Below are positions 8,839 through 18,852 of a DNA stretch of 39,564 bases, piece by piece. The notes below the pieces were generated by a model. That model was not told the origin of the DNA. It did no database searches and worked only from the letters and a program-made list of their open reading frames with translations. The stretch covers positions 1-39,564 of the forward strand of contig CBDUVK010000002.1 of NCBI GenBank assembly GCA_965370645.1, written 5' to 3'. The stretch comes from an uncultured bacterium. Its GTDB lineage: Bacteria; Calditrichota; Calditrichia; RBG-13-44-9. How positions within the stretch are numbered: position 1 is the stretch's first letter; every line of letters starts with the position of its first letter. A program made the position numbers and the translations under genes.

Positions 8839-8867
8839 AATTTAATCATAAGGAATTATTTTGTCAA
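8839..8867 (-). promoter_or_regulatory. Sigma-70-like promoter for csp
   Basis: The - strand reads TTGACA, 17 nt, TAAATT. This predicts a 5' UTR of about 100 nt. Confidence 0.5.
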
Positions 8868-8894
8868 GACATAAGTCAGGAAATTAGAATTTTT

Positions 8895-10325
8895 CTAGGC
8901 CCCATTAATTACCAAAAGTTTCAGTTCAGTCATCTCCTCAATCGCATAGCGAATTCCTTCTCTTCCATGTCCGCTATCCTTGGTTCCCCCATATGGCATG
9001 GGATCAATTCTGAAAGTCGGATAGTCATTGATGATGAGTCCGCCAACCTCCAGTGCATTATATGCATATTGGATCTGTCGGATATCATGGGTAAATAAAC
9101 CGGCCTGCAGGCCATAATGAGAATTGTTTACTATTTTGATGGCGTCCTCAAACTCATGGTATGATTCTATCGATACCACCGGTGCAAAGATCTCTTCACA
9201 TACCGCTTTCATATCCGGAGAAGTATTTGTTAAAATAGTAGCTTCTAGAAAATTTTTCTCTCTTTTACCACCGTGGACGAGTTTGGCTCCGCTTTTGACC
9301 GCCTCATTTACCCAACTTTCCGCTTGTTTGGTGGCATCCAATGAGATCATGGGACCGATGATGGTGTTATCGCGAGCGGGATTACCCGAGAGGGCACTTT
9401 TTTTGGTTTCCTTGATAAAATTTGAGATAAACTGGTCAAAAATGGTGTCTCTCACATAGATGCGCTGAATTGCAATACAGACTTGGCCGGCATAGGCGAA
9501 GGAACCCAGGACCAAACGGGGGATGATATTCTGCCAATCTATTTGTGATTCCACGACAACCGCTGCATTTCCCCCCAATTCCAGAGTAACTCCTTTCTTT
9601 CCTGCAATTGATTTCAGATACCAACCAATCTGACTACTGCCGGTAAAACTCAATTTTTTGATCCGGCCATCTTTCACAAGCGGTTCAATACTCTTGCCAC
9701 TTGCCGGGATAATGTTTACCACACCAGGTGGTGCCCCCGCTTCCTGTATGATCTCACCGAGTTTCAGGGCGGTTAAGGGGGTTGCCGATGCGGGTTTAAG
9801 TATGATGGAATTTCCTGCAGCAAGAGCAGGTGCAATCTTATGTGCAATTAGATTAAGGGGAAAGTTGAAAGGCGAAATGCCCAGAACTACGCCAAGAGGA
9901 AATCGTCTGGTAATCGCATAATATCCGCTGGTTTGGGGCGCAACATCCAGCGGGAGAAATTCCCCGTTTAAGCGCCGTGATTCTTCCGCAGCCCAGCTAA
10001 ATGTGAGCTGTGCCCGGTTTACCTCATTTCGCGCAAATTTGATCGGTTTTCCACTTTCCTTCCTAATAGTCTGTGCCAACATATCCTCGTTTTTCTTGAT
10101 ACCCTGGGTAATTTTGGATAATAAGTCGTATCGTTCAAATCCGGTAAAATGCCGTGAGAGTTGGAATCCTTTCTGGGCACTTTCTACTGCCATATCTAAA
10201 AAGTCTCCGTCAGCCAGGTAAACTTTAGCGAGCGTATCGCCGTTATAGGGATCGAATACCTTCATGGATTTGTGGGTTTTTACTCTCTCATTATGGATGA
10301 GTGGAAAGTAGGTGGGTGTTCTCAT
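8895..10325 (-). CDS. NAD(P)+-dependent aldehyde dehydrogenase family protein
   Basis: ALDH hallmarks are present: catalytic Glu motif LELGGNAAVVV, catalytic Cys motif YAGQVCIAIQRIYV, and the C-terminal PYGGTKDSGHGREG. GAGGAA lies upstream of the ATG. Confidence 0.85.
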   Translation of the reverse strand: MRTPTYFPLIHNERVKTHKSMKVFDPYNGDTLAKVYLADGDFLDMAVESAQKGFQLSRHFTGFERYDLLSKITQGIKKNEDMLAQTIRKESGKPIKFARNEVNRAQLTFSWAAEESRRLNGEFLPLDVAPQTSGYYAITRRFPLGVVLGISPFNFPLNLIAHKIAPALAAGNSIILKPASATPLTALKLGEIIQEAGAPPGVVNIIPASGKSIEPLVKDGRIKKLSFTGSSQIGWYLKSIAGKKGVTLELGGNAAVVVESQIDWQNIIPRLVLGSFAYAGQVCIAIQRIYVRDTIFDQFISNFIKETKKSALSGNPARDNTIIGPMISLDATKQAESWVNEAVKSGAKLVHGGKREKNFLEATILTNTSPDMKAVCEEIFAPVVSIESYHEFEDAIKIVNNSHYGLQAGLFTHDIRQIQYAYNALEVGGLIINDYPTFRIDPMPYGGTKDSGHGREGIRYAIEEMTELKLLVINGA

Positions 10326-10359
10326 AATGCTTCCTCACTTGTGGGAATTGTAATATGTA

Positions 10360-10388
10360 ATGATAATATTTTATTTTATTCTTTGCAA
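10360..10388 (-). promoter_or_regulatory. Candidate sigma-70-like promoter for the aldehyde dehydrogenase gene
   Basis: The - strand reads TTGCAA, 17 nt, TATCAT, about 35 nt upstream of the start codon. Confidence 0.4.
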
Positions 10389-10708
10389 GAGATTGCTTTG
10401 TGAAAAATGGTGTTAGTTTTATGACCTAAGGTCCACCGCAAAACAGTTCGGAACTGTATTTTTGACCGAGGGCCCTTTACCATAATGCAATTTGCTCACC
10501 GATTAGTCTCGTTCCCTTATCGTTTTTTTAAGCATAATATCGATTTCAGGATTACAAAAATGGTCATTGATGATTTGTTCTCCTTGAAAACTCATGGTGT
10601 GAAATGTAATAAATCGGAATTATGTTAATCCATTGTTATTTAATTTGAAGGTATTATCCTTCCAGGTGCGATGAGAGCTTTATTTGTGATAATAATATTT
10701 TTTATATC

Positions 10709-10737
10709 TTGAAAAACTTTATCGAAATCAATATCTT
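10709..10737 (+). promoter_or_regulatory. Candidate sigma-70-like promoter for the PFOR operon
   Basis: TTGAAA, 17 nt, TATCTT, about 85 nt upstream of the PFOR start. Confidence 0.35.
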
Positions 10738-10822
10738 TAAACTTGATTTTTATAAGCGATCTGAATTTACAGGTCTGAAAAACATAGTAGATTTAGTATT
10801 AATTCTTATCTAAGAGGAGAAA

Positions 10823-13800
10823 ATGATGCAGCGAGATAAAGTGACTATCGATGGAAATGAGGCGGCTGCGTACGTTGCTCATAAGATTAATGAGGTCATT
10901 GCCATTTATCCGATCACACCTTCCTCATCCATGGGAGAATTGTCTGATGAGTGGTCGGCAAAGGGACAAAAAAACATTTGGGGCACTATCCCCAGCGTGG
11001 TTGAAATGCAGAGTGAGGGTGGCGCATCCGGTGCGGTACACGGGGCTCTTCAAAGTGGTGCCCTGACTACCACATTCACTGCTTCGCAGGGACTGCTCCT
11101 GATGATACCCAATATGTTTAAAATTGCCGGTGAACTGACCTCCACAGTTTTTCATGTTTCGGCACGGACTGTGGCAACACACGCTCTCTCTATATTTGGA
11201 GATCATAGTGATATAATGGCCACACGCTCCACCGGATTCGGATTGCTTGCCTCCGGTTCTATTCAGGAAATAATGGATCTTGCATTAATCTCGCAGGCAG
11301 CTTCCATGGAAGCCCGGGTACCTTTTATTCATTTTTTTGATGGATTCAGATCATCTCATGAGGTTCAAAAAATTGAACAACTTACCATGGATGATATGCG
11401 GGCGCTGATCGATGATAATTTGGTCATTGCCCACCGGGAAAGGGCATTATCTCCTGAAAATCCTTTTATCCGGGGCACAGCACAGAATCCGGATGTATTT
11501 TTTCAGGCGAGGGAGACAGTAAATCCATTTTATGAAGCCTGTCCGGACATTGTTCAGAAACAGATGGATAAATTTGCCAAACGAGTGGGACGCTCTTATC
11601 ACCTGTTTGATTATTTTGGTCATCCTGAAGCGGAAAGGGTCATCATTTTGATGGGCTCCGGTGCTGAAGCCGCCCAGGAGACGGCTGATTACCTGGCAGA
11701 GAAAGGGAAAAAAATAGGCATCTTAAAGGTTCGGCTTTATCGTCCGTTTTCCATAAAGGCATTTATCTCTTCTTTACCCAAATCTGTACAAGTTCTGGCT
11801 GTATTGGACCGTACCAAGGAACCGGGAAGTGCCGGGGAACCTCTCTATAAAGATATAATTACCGCATTACATGAAGCTGCCGTTGAAGGGCCATTTCCCT
11901 TTGCAAAGATGCCGCGTGTGATTGGTGGGCGTTATGGTCTGTCTTCCAAAGAATTTACTCCTGCAATGGTAAAAGGAGTTTTCGATGAAATGACCAAGAG
12001 TAGTCCCAAGAATCATTTTACGGTCGGAATACATGATGATGTTACCAATACCAATATCGGATATGATCCGGATTTTTCTACGGAGGGTAAGGATGTATTC
12101 CGGGGAATGTTCTATGGCCTGGGTGCAGATGGTACGGTGGGGGCCAATAAAAATTCCATTAAGATTATTGGAGAAGGCACCGATTTCTCTGCGCAGGGAT
12201 ATTTTGTCTATGATTCAAAAAAAGCAGGAGCTATTACAACCTCTCACCTCCGCTTTGGCAAAAAGCCAATCCTTTCAACTTACCTGATCAGCCAGAGCAA
12301 ATTTGTGGCATGTCATCAGTTTGTGTTCCTGGAAAAGTACGATATGCTACGCTCAGCGATTCCTGGAGCAACGTTCCTTCTTAATGCGCCCTTTGGTCCT
12401 GAAGAAATCTGGGATAAAATTCCGCGCAAGGTTCAGCAAGATATTATCGATAAAAAATTGAAATTTTATGTCATTAATGCGTATGATGTCGCTAAAGAAA
12501 CCGGTATGGGATCGCGTATTAATACAATTATGCAGGTCTGTTTCTTCGCGATCTCCGGGGTTTTACCCAAGAAGGAAGCTATCGCGGCTATCAAAAATTC
12601 CATCAAAAAAACCTATGGTATCAAAGGTGAGGAGATTGTTAAAAGAAATTTTGCTGCAGTAGACAAGACTTTGGAAAACCTGCATGAGGTGAAAATCCCG
12701 GAAAAAGCTTCCAGTAAGATCGAATTGCCACCTATCGTTCCCGATGAAGCACCTGATTTTGTAAAAAATGTTACCGCGACAATTATTGCCGGCCATGGAG
12801 ATGATCTTCCGGTCAGTGCTTTTGCCAAAGATGGGACCTTCCCTTCCGGAACGACCCAGTGGGAGAAGCGAAATATCGCGATGGAAATTCCGGTATGGGA
12901 TGAAAAGATTTGTATTCAATGTAATAAATGTATCTTAGTCTGTCCTCATTCAGTTATCCGGGCTAAAATATATGATGAAAAATATCTGAACGGAGCCCCC
13001 AAGACGTTTAAATCTACGGAAGCTCGCGGAAAAGAGTGGCCTGAAAAATCCCGTTACTCCCTGCAGGTAGCGCCCGAGGATTGTACGGGATGTGATCTTT
13101 GTGTGGAGGTTTGTCCTGTCAAGAATAAAGAGAAAGTTGGCTTAAAGGCGATCAATATGCAACCGCAAATACCCCTCCGCAAAGACGAACGGGAGAACTG
13201 GAATTATTTCCTGGAAATTCCTGAGATGGATCGTACCCAACTCAAAGTCGATACGGTTAAAGGTTCCCAATTTTTGGAACCCCTGTTCGAATTTTCAGGT
13301 GCCTGTGGAGGATGTGGAGAGACACCCTATGTAAAACTGATTTCACAGCTGTTTGGAGACCGGATGATCGCTTCCAATGCAACCGGCTGTTCTTCGATTT
13401 ACGGAGGAAATTTACCGACCACACCCTGGACTTTCAATAGAGATGGAAGAGGTCCCGCCTGGTCAAATTCACTGTTTGAAGATAATGCGGAATTTGGTTT
13501 TGGATTCAGATTAACGATTGACAAACATACCGAGCAGGCGAAAGAACTATTGCAAAAACTTAAGGGAAAGATTGGAGATGGCCTGGTTAAAGAACTTCTG
13601 CAGGCAGAACAGACAGATGAAGCGAGTATTTTCGCACAACGAAATCGGGTCAAAAAGCTGAAGAATGTCCTGACTAAATTTAAAGAAAAGGAAGCAAAAC
13701 TTCTGTTGAGTTTGGCAGATTTCCTGGTTACCAAGAGTGTATGGATAATCGGTGGTGATGGCTGGGCTTATGATATCGGTTATGGTGGATTGGATCATGT

Positions 13801-14398
13801 GATCGCATCCGGGAGAAATGTAAATATTCTGGTGCTGGATACCGAAGTATATTCGAATACCGGTGGCCAAATGTCCAAGGCCACCCCATTGGGCAGTGTT
13901 GCAAAATTTGCTGCTGCGGGTAAATCCACCCCCAAAAAAGATCTGGCCATGCAGGCCATTAGCTATGGTTCGGTCTATGTGGCCAAGGTAGCGATGGGTG
14001 CTAATGATGTTCAGACTGTCAAAGCATTCATAGAAGCAGAAAGTTATGATGGCCCCTCCCTGATTATTGCATACAGTCACTGTATTGCCCATGGAATTAA
14101 TATGAAATTTGGTTTAACCCAGCAAAAATTAGCAGTCGATTCCGGATACTGGCCGTTGGTTCGTTTCAATCCGGCACTTGCTAAGAATGGTGAAAATCCT
14201 TTCAAACTGGATTCCAAAGCACCGAAAATTCCGTTGCAGGATTATATCTATAACGAAACTCGCTATAAAATGTTAACCAAAAGCATGCCTGAGCGGGCCA
14301 AGATGTTACTGAAGATGGCTCAGCAGGAAGTAACGGACAGATGGCAGTTCTATGAAAAAATGGCGAAAATGTATGATAAATCAGAAACCAGTGCCTAA
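10823..14398 (+). CDS. nifJ: Pyruvate:ferredoxin (flavodoxin) oxidoreductase, single-polypeptide type
   Basis: The 1191-aa product has the characteristic N-terminus (DGNEAAAYVAHKINEVIAIYPITPSS). It has two 4Fe-4S ferredoxin motifs (CIQCNKCILVCPH and CTGCDLCVEVCP). It has the TPP-binding region (GGDGWAYDIGYGGLDHV). GAGGAG is the RBS. The second ATG at 10826 is an equally plausible start. Confidence 0.95.
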   Translation: MMQRDKVTIDGNEAAAYVAHKINEVIAIYPITPSSSMGELSDEWSAKGQKNIWGTIPSVVEMQSEGGASGAVHGALQSGALTTTFTASQGLLLMIPNMFKIAGELTSTVFHVSARTVATHALSIFGDHSDIMATRSTGFGLLASGSIQEIMDLALISQAASMEARVPFIHFFDGFRSSHEVQKIEQLTMDDMRALIDDNLVIAHRERALSPENPFIRGTAQNPDVFFQARETVNPFYEACPDIVQKQMDKFAKRVGRSYHLFDYFGHPEAERVIILMGSGAEAAQETADYLAEKGKKIGILKVRLYRPFSIKAFISSLPKSVQVLAVLDRTKEPGSAGEPLYKDIITALHEAAVEGPFPFAKMPRVIGGRYGLSSKEFTPAMVKGVFDEMTKSSPKNHFTVGIHDDVTNTNIGYDPDFSTEGKDVFRGMFYGLGADGTVGANKNSIKIIGEGTDFSAQGYFVYDSKKAGAITTSHLRFGKKPILSTYLISQSKFVACHQFVFLEKYDMLRSAIPGATFLLNAPFGPEEIWDKIPRKVQQDIIDKKLKFYVINAYDVAKETGMGSRINTIMQVCFFAISGVLPKKEAIAAIKNSIKKTYGIKGEEIVKRNFAAVDKTLENLHEVKIPEKASSKIELPPIVPDEAPDFVKNVTATIIAGHGDDLPVSAFAKDGTFPSGTTQWEKRNIAMEIPVWDEKICIQCNKCILVCPHSVIRAKIYDEKYLNGAPKTFKSTEARGKEWPEKSRYSLQVAPEDCTGCDLCVEVCPVKNKEKVGLKAINMQPQIPLRKDERENWNYFLEIPEMDRTQLKVDTVKGSQFLEPLFEFSGACGGCGETPYVKLISQLFGDRMIASNATGCSSIYGGNLPTTPWTFNRDGRGPAWSNSLFEDNAEFGFGFRLTIDKHTEQAKELLQKLKGKIGDGLVKELLQAEQTDEASIFAQRNRVKKLKNVLTKFKEKEAKLLLSLADFLVTKSVWIIGGDGWAYDIGYGGLDHVIASGRNVNILVLDTEVYSNTGGQMSKATPLGSVAKFAAAGKSTPKKDLAMQAISYGSVYVAKVAMGANDVQTVKAFIEAESYDGPSLIIAYSHCIAHGINMKFGLTQQKLAVDSGYWPLVRFNPALAKNGENPFKLDSKAPKIPLQDYIYNETRYKMLTKSMPERAKMLLKMAQQEVTDRWQFYEKMAKMYDKSETSA

Positions 14399-14484
14399 TC
14401 TGAAAATCCCGAGACTGGAAATTTCGAAAAGAAAGTCTGTGGGAATACGAGTATGGATTGGTATATAAATTGAAGGAGAAAGAT

Positions 14485-15477
14485 ATGGATTTAACCACAT
14501 CCTACATGGGATTAAAACTAAAAAATCCGATTGCCCTGGCGGCTTCACCCATATCTTCCGATGTGGATCAGGTGAAACAGGCAGAGGATTTTGGTGCCGC
14601 GGCAGTTGTTATGTATTCCTTGTTTGAAGAGCAAATTAATCATGAGATAAACGAAATTGATCATTTCATGAGTCATGGAAGCGAAAGTTTTGCGGAATCG
14701 CTCAGTTATTTTCCGGAGCCGGAGGAGTTTAAAAATTTACATGCTGAAGAATACCTGGAGCTGATAAAGAAAATAAAAGCGGCCGTGGACATACCAGTTA
14801 TCGGTAGTTTGAACGGTGTTTCACCAGGTGGTTGGATGGACTATGCTAAAAAAATTGAAGCAGCCGGGGCGGACGCCCTTGAGCTGAATGTTTATTACAT
14901 TGCCACTGATATCAATATGACTTCAGAAAAGGTTGAGCAGTTGTATATTGAAAATCTTGAGACAGTCAAAAAAACAGTGAATATTCCTGTTGCCATTAAG
15001 CTTGGCCCAAACTTTTCAGCGTTTGCAAATATGGCAGCGAAACTGGATCATGCGGGTGCCGATGGTTTGGTCTTGTTTAACCGCTTCTATCAACCGGATA
15101 TTGACCTAAATGCACTGGAAGTGGTTCCCAATCTGCAATTAAGTGCTTCCCATGATATGCGTCTGCCTCTTCGCTGGATTGCTGTACTTTATGGAAAGAT
15201 AAAGGCAAGTCTGGCAGCGACTACTGGTATTCATTCTTCGGAGGACATTATTAAGATGACCATGGTTGGTGCGGATGTTACTATGATAGCCGCACTACTA
15301 TTAAAAGAGGGTGTTCAAAAGATCGAACAGCTGTTAAAGGGTGTCCAGGAGTGGATGCTGAAAAACGAATATGAATCCATTCAACAAATGAAGGGGAGTA
15401 TGAGCTATCAGGCCGTTGCCGATCCCGCCCCCTTTGAGAGAGCCAATTACATTAAGACCTTACAGAGCTATAAGTAG
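14485..15477 (+). CDS. Dihydroorotate dehydrogenase-like FMN TIM-barrel protein, probably not a genuine PyrD
   Basis: Class-1 DHOD-like N-terminus (GLKLKNPIALAASPIS) and FMN-binding-like C-terminal segments. The position of the catalytic LSCPN or ISSPN motif reads ELNVYYIATD (14881-14910). The start is set at the ATG at 14485, preceded by AAGGAG. Confidence 0.75.
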   Translation: MDLTTSYMGLKLKNPIALAASPISSDVDQVKQAEDFGAAAVVMYSLFEEQINHEINEIDHFMSHGSESFAESLSYFPEPEEFKNLHAEEYLELIKKIKAAVDIPVIGSLNGVSPGGWMDYAKKIEAAGADALELNVYYIATDINMTSEKVEQLYIENLETVKKTVNIPVAIKLGPNFSAFANMAAKLDHAGADGLVLFNRFYQPDIDLNALEVVPNLQLSASHDMRLPLRWIAVLYGKIKASLAATTGIHSSEDIIKMTMVGADVTMIAALLLKEGVQKIEQLLKGVQEWMLKNEYESIQQMKGSMSYQAVADPAPFERANYIKTLQSYK

Positions 15478-15504
15478 GTTTTTTTCCATATTTTCTTCAT
15501 CTGC

Positions 15505-15530
15505 CCCCTTTTGAAAAGGGGTTTTTTTTT
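15505..15530 (+). terminator. Rho-independent terminator after the PFOR / DHOD-like pair
   Basis: Hairpin cccctt-ttgaa-aagggg followed by a run of nine T. Confidence 0.8.
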
Positions 15531-15663
15531 ATATTCTGACACCGAGCCATGCAGCTAGCGAATCAATGTCTGTTCTATAATATGAAAATTTGACCGGTTA
15601 ATTTTTTGTCGATCCGGAGAATTCTGTTTTGCAATTCGCCCTGTTCCCCTTAAATTAGCACCC

Positions 15664-16938
15664 ATGAAAAGCAATCGAACCGCCAAATATAGCTGGGCAC
15701 TCTATGATTGGGCTAATTCTGCTTTTGCGACCACAATTATTGCGGGATTTTTCCCCCTTTTTTTCAAGTCCTACTGGGCAGATTCTGCAAATCCTGCCCA
15801 CAGTACCTTTTATCTGGGTATGGCTAATTCGATTGCCTCCATTGTAATCGCTGCGCTTGCTCCCTTTTTAGGGGCCATTGCTGATAAAGCGGGCACTAAA
15901 AAAAAGTTTCTGGCTACATTTGCATTTTTCGGGATCATCATGACCGGTTGTTTAAGGTTATTAGAACAGGGCCTGTGGCAATGGGCAGTCGTTTTTTATG
16001 TGACCGCGGCTATTGGGTGGTCAGGGGCAAATATATTTTATGATTCATTATTACCTGCGGTAGCTTCCAAAAAAGAAGTGGATTTTATCTCCTCTCTGGG
16101 GTATGCCTTAGGTTATATCGGCGGGGGTATACTCTTCTCAGCAAATGTCATGATGTACCTTAATTATTCTGCTTTTGGTCTTCCAGATGCCGCAACCGCG
16201 ATCAAGATTTCTTTTTTGACCGTGGCCCTCTGGTGGGGAATATTTTCGATTCCCATTATGATATTTGTTAAAGAACCTCGTTTCGCAGAAACAGTGAGTA
16301 TGGGAAAAGCGGTCTCCCTGGGCTGGAAACAACTTTTGGATACACTCCGGGATTTGAGGCATTACAAGGTTGTAGCCTTGTTCTTGCTGGCGTACTGGCT
16401 TTATATCGATGGAGTTGATACCATTGTCCGCATGGCCGTTGATTATGGAAAATCACTTCATTTTTCGGATAGTACACTGATTACCGCATTGTTAATGGTT
16501 CAGTTCATTGCCTTTCCGGCTGCTCTGGGATATGGATGGATTGCCAATAAAATAGGTCCCAAGCGGGCTATCATGTCCGGGATCATCGGATATATTTGTA
16601 TCACCTTCCTGGGCTATTTTATGCAGCATGAATGGCATTTCTATTTTTTAGCAGGTTTGGTTGGTCTTTTTCAAGGAGGTATACAGGCGTTAAGCAGAAG
16701 TTTATATACTCGCATCATTCCGATTGATAAATCAGCTGAATTTTTTGGATTTTACAATATGCTGGGTAAGTTTGCAGCTGTTATTGGACCCTTTCTTATG
16801 GGAACGGTGACGCTTCTGACCGGAAGTGCCCGCTTAGGTATCCTCTCAATACTCATTCTGTTCATTTCGGGTGCAGTTGTTCTATGGAAAGTTGATATTC
16901 AGGAGGGAGAGAAGAAGGTCGCTCAAAACTTTTCCTGA
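15664..16938 (+). CDS. MFS transporter (UMF1/Atg22-like)
   Basis: About 12 hydrophobic helices. The N-terminus WALYDWANSAFATTIIAGFFPLFF is typical of the UMF1 family. Confidence 0.75.
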   Translation: MKSNRTAKYSWALYDWANSAFATTIIAGFFPLFFKSYWADSANPAHSTFYLGMANSIASIVIAALAPFLGAIADKAGTKKKFLATFAFFGIIMTGCLRLLEQGLWQWAVVFYVTAAIGWSGANIFYDSLLPAVASKKEVDFISSLGYALGYIGGGILFSANVMMYLNYSAFGLPDAATAIKISFLTVALWWGIFSIPIMIFVKEPRFAETVSMGKAVSLGWKQLLDTLRDLRHYKVVALFLLAYWLYIDGVDTIVRMAVDYGKSLHFSDSTLITALLMVQFIAFPAALGYGWIANKIGPKRAIMSGIIGYICITFLGYFMQHEWHFYFLAGLVGLFQGGIQALSRSLYTRIIPIDKSAEFFGFYNMLGKFAAVIGPFLMGTVTLLTGSARLGILSILILFISGAVVLWKVDIQEGEKKVAQNFS

Positions 16939-17055
16939 AAATCAAAAAAATTATTTTGAAATTCCTTTAATTTAGATTTTCTCTCCAAAACATTTAATCT
17001 GAATATTGTTTATATTATCATTGATTTATGTATGAACAGTTGTAAGAATAAATAA

Positions 17056-18036
17056 ATGAAAATTAAAGTTTTTTTAGAGAAAAAGATCTTAATCTGTTTC
17101 CTTATGATTTTGGTTTTAATGCTGTCCATTCAGATTGGCCTGGGACAATCACGTAGCGTTGAAATCATGTATCAAAATTTTAGAATCTCTTATCAAGTTG
17201 AAGACGAAAATCTTTCAAAAATCATCTTGAGTAATTTAAAATCGAGCATCCCGGTTTATGAGTCATTTTATGACCAGCAATTGAAAGGGATCATTACAAT
17301 TCGAATACCTGCCTCAAGAAAAGAATATGATAAGGGAACAGTTTCGCGCCTTCCGGATTGGAGTAATGGATATTATTCCTCGCAAGATCATAGTATTACT
17401 TTAAAAAAACCGGGGTGGTATATGACCAATGATGATTTTGGACAGGTCTTACGCCACGAATTATCCCATCTCTATTTTCATTCAAAATTTTCTGGTGTAG
17501 ATGTACCACTATGGTTGAACGAGGGATTAGCTGAATATCTTTCAGGTAGGAGAATATACATCGAACAGGGTGTGATTATTTCAAATGCACTTTTTGCGAA
17601 CAATCTGGTACCTCTCTCTGATATTGACAGTCTGAATTTCTTCTCCGTCATGCGAGCCAGATTAGCCTACCACGAAAGTCTGACTGCTGTTATATTTTTA
17701 AAAAATTTATTAGAGCAAAATGGAGTACCATGGAAAACTTTTTTTGAATGGATTAAAAGCGAGGGATATCAAAAGTCTCTCGAGAAAGCTACTAAATTTG
17801 ATATCATCGATTTTGAGCTTGCCTGGTACCGCTGGTTGAAGGATACTTATCAGTGGTTTTTAATATTTAATTGGGAGAATTTGATCTGGTTGATTATAAT
17901 TGTTATCTTGTTAGGTTCGATATATGCAATTCGTTACCGTAACCAAAAGATCTTAAAAGAATGGGAAAGTCAGGAGACTATTGATCAGGAACTAATGGAT
18001 AACTCTGCTATGATCGATAACTCAGATAACAGTTAG
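17056..18036 (+). CDS. Membrane-anchored MA-clan zinc metallopeptidase-like protein
   Basis: N-terminal hydrophobic segment. HExxH motif ([10 protein letters not shown]) with a downstream NEGLAEYL (third-ligand Glu pattern). C-terminal transmembrane helix ([17 protein letters not shown]). Confidence 0.6.
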   Translation: MKIKVFLEKKILICFLMILVLMLSIQIGLGQSRSVEIMYQNFRISYQVEDENLSKIILSNLKSSIPVYESFYDQQLKGIITIRIPASRKEYDKGTVSRLPDWSNGYYSSQDHSITLKKPGWYMTNDDFGQVLRHELSHLYFHSKFSGVDVPLWLNEGLAEYLSGRRIYIEQGVIISNALFANNLVPLSDIDSLNFFSVMRARLAYHESLTAVIFLKNLLEQNGVPWKTFFEWIKSEGYQKSLEKATKFDIIDFELAWYRWLKDTYQWFLIFNWENLIWLIIIVILLGSIYAIRYRNQKILKEWESQETIDQELMDNSAMIDNSDNS

Positions 18037-18049
18037 AGGGGTATTTGAA

Positions 18050-18595
18050 ATGTATATCCCATCTAAGATGTTTTTCACCAAAGGTGTAGGCCGGCATAAA
18101 GAAAAACTGACCAGTTTTGAGATGGCTTTGCGAAATGCAAAAATTGCTTCCTTAAATCTGGTTGGCGTCTCTTCGATATTTCCTCCATTCTGTAAGATGA
18201 TATCTGTGGCAGCGGGACTTCGACAACTTATGCCTGGACAAATTGTTCATGTCGTCATGAGCAAAAACGCGACCTGTGAGCCCAACCGGCTTATTGCCGC
18301 ATCAGTGGGGGTAGCAATTCCGGCTGAGAAAGAAGCTTGTGGTTACTTATCAGAACATCACAGCTTTGGTGAAACGGATCGTAAAGCGGGAGAATATGCT
18401 GAAGATCTTGCTGCCACAATGCTGGCAACTGTTTTGGGAGTCGATTTTGATCCCGATTCCAGTTGGGATAACAAGAAGGAAATCTGGAAAATAAGTGGAA
18501 AAATTGTACGTACCAGAAATGTAACTCAATCTGCCATTGGTGATAAAAAAGGATTATGGACCACTGTCTTGGCGGCATCTATTCTGCTGCCTTAA
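18050..18595 (+). CDS. pdaD: Pyruvoyl-dependent arginine decarboxylase
   Basis: The family-typical N-terminus [39 protein letters not shown] includes the Ser-Ser self-cleavage site (codons 41-42, 18170-18175). The length of about 180 aa fits the family. Confidence 0.8.
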   Translation: MYIPSKMFFTKGVGRHKEKLTSFEMALRNAKIASLNLVGVSSIFPPFCKMISVAAGLRQLMPGQIVHVVMSKNATCEPNRLIAASVGVAIPAEKEACGYLSEHHSFGETDRKAGEYAEDLAATMLATVLGVDFDPDSSWDNKKEIWKISGKIVRTRNVTQSAIGDKKGLWTTVLAASILLP

Positions 18596-18852
18596 TAACA
18601 TAAATAAATGAAGATGATCAAATACCGCTGTATATTAGGGGAAATTTGAGTAAATTATGTATTGACTGAAATCTAAAAATAATGACCCTAAACAGATTTC
18701 TTGTCGTATAATTCGTATAGTAGTATAAACATGTTGAACAGACTTTTTTGAATCGATATAAATTTGAAGGAGTTTGTTGTCACGGTTCTTTCATTATTAT
18801 TTGTGTGATGATATTTAAGGATTGTCGAAAGCAGAAAAGGAGGATTAAATAA

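Noticed and set aside
8640-9098. 152-aa + strand ORF spanning the csp / aldehyde dehydrogenase junction
   Set aside because: It lies antisense to two well-supported genes with strong family motifs. It has no RBS or recognisable motif, and its composition is typical of a shadow ORF.
10560-10628. 22-codon ORF (MVIDDLFSLKTHGVKCNKSELC) upstream of PFOR as a leader peptide
   Set aside because: It has no RBS, no terminator or antiterminator structure nearby, and no codon pattern suggestive of attenuation.
13547-14092. 181-aa - strand ORF inside PFOR. Similar long antisense ORFs occur at 3724-4179, 12563-12919, 20447-20827 and 27671-28141.
   Set aside because: All are fully embedded antisense in confidently identified genes. 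None has a recognisable domain. They are frame shadows.
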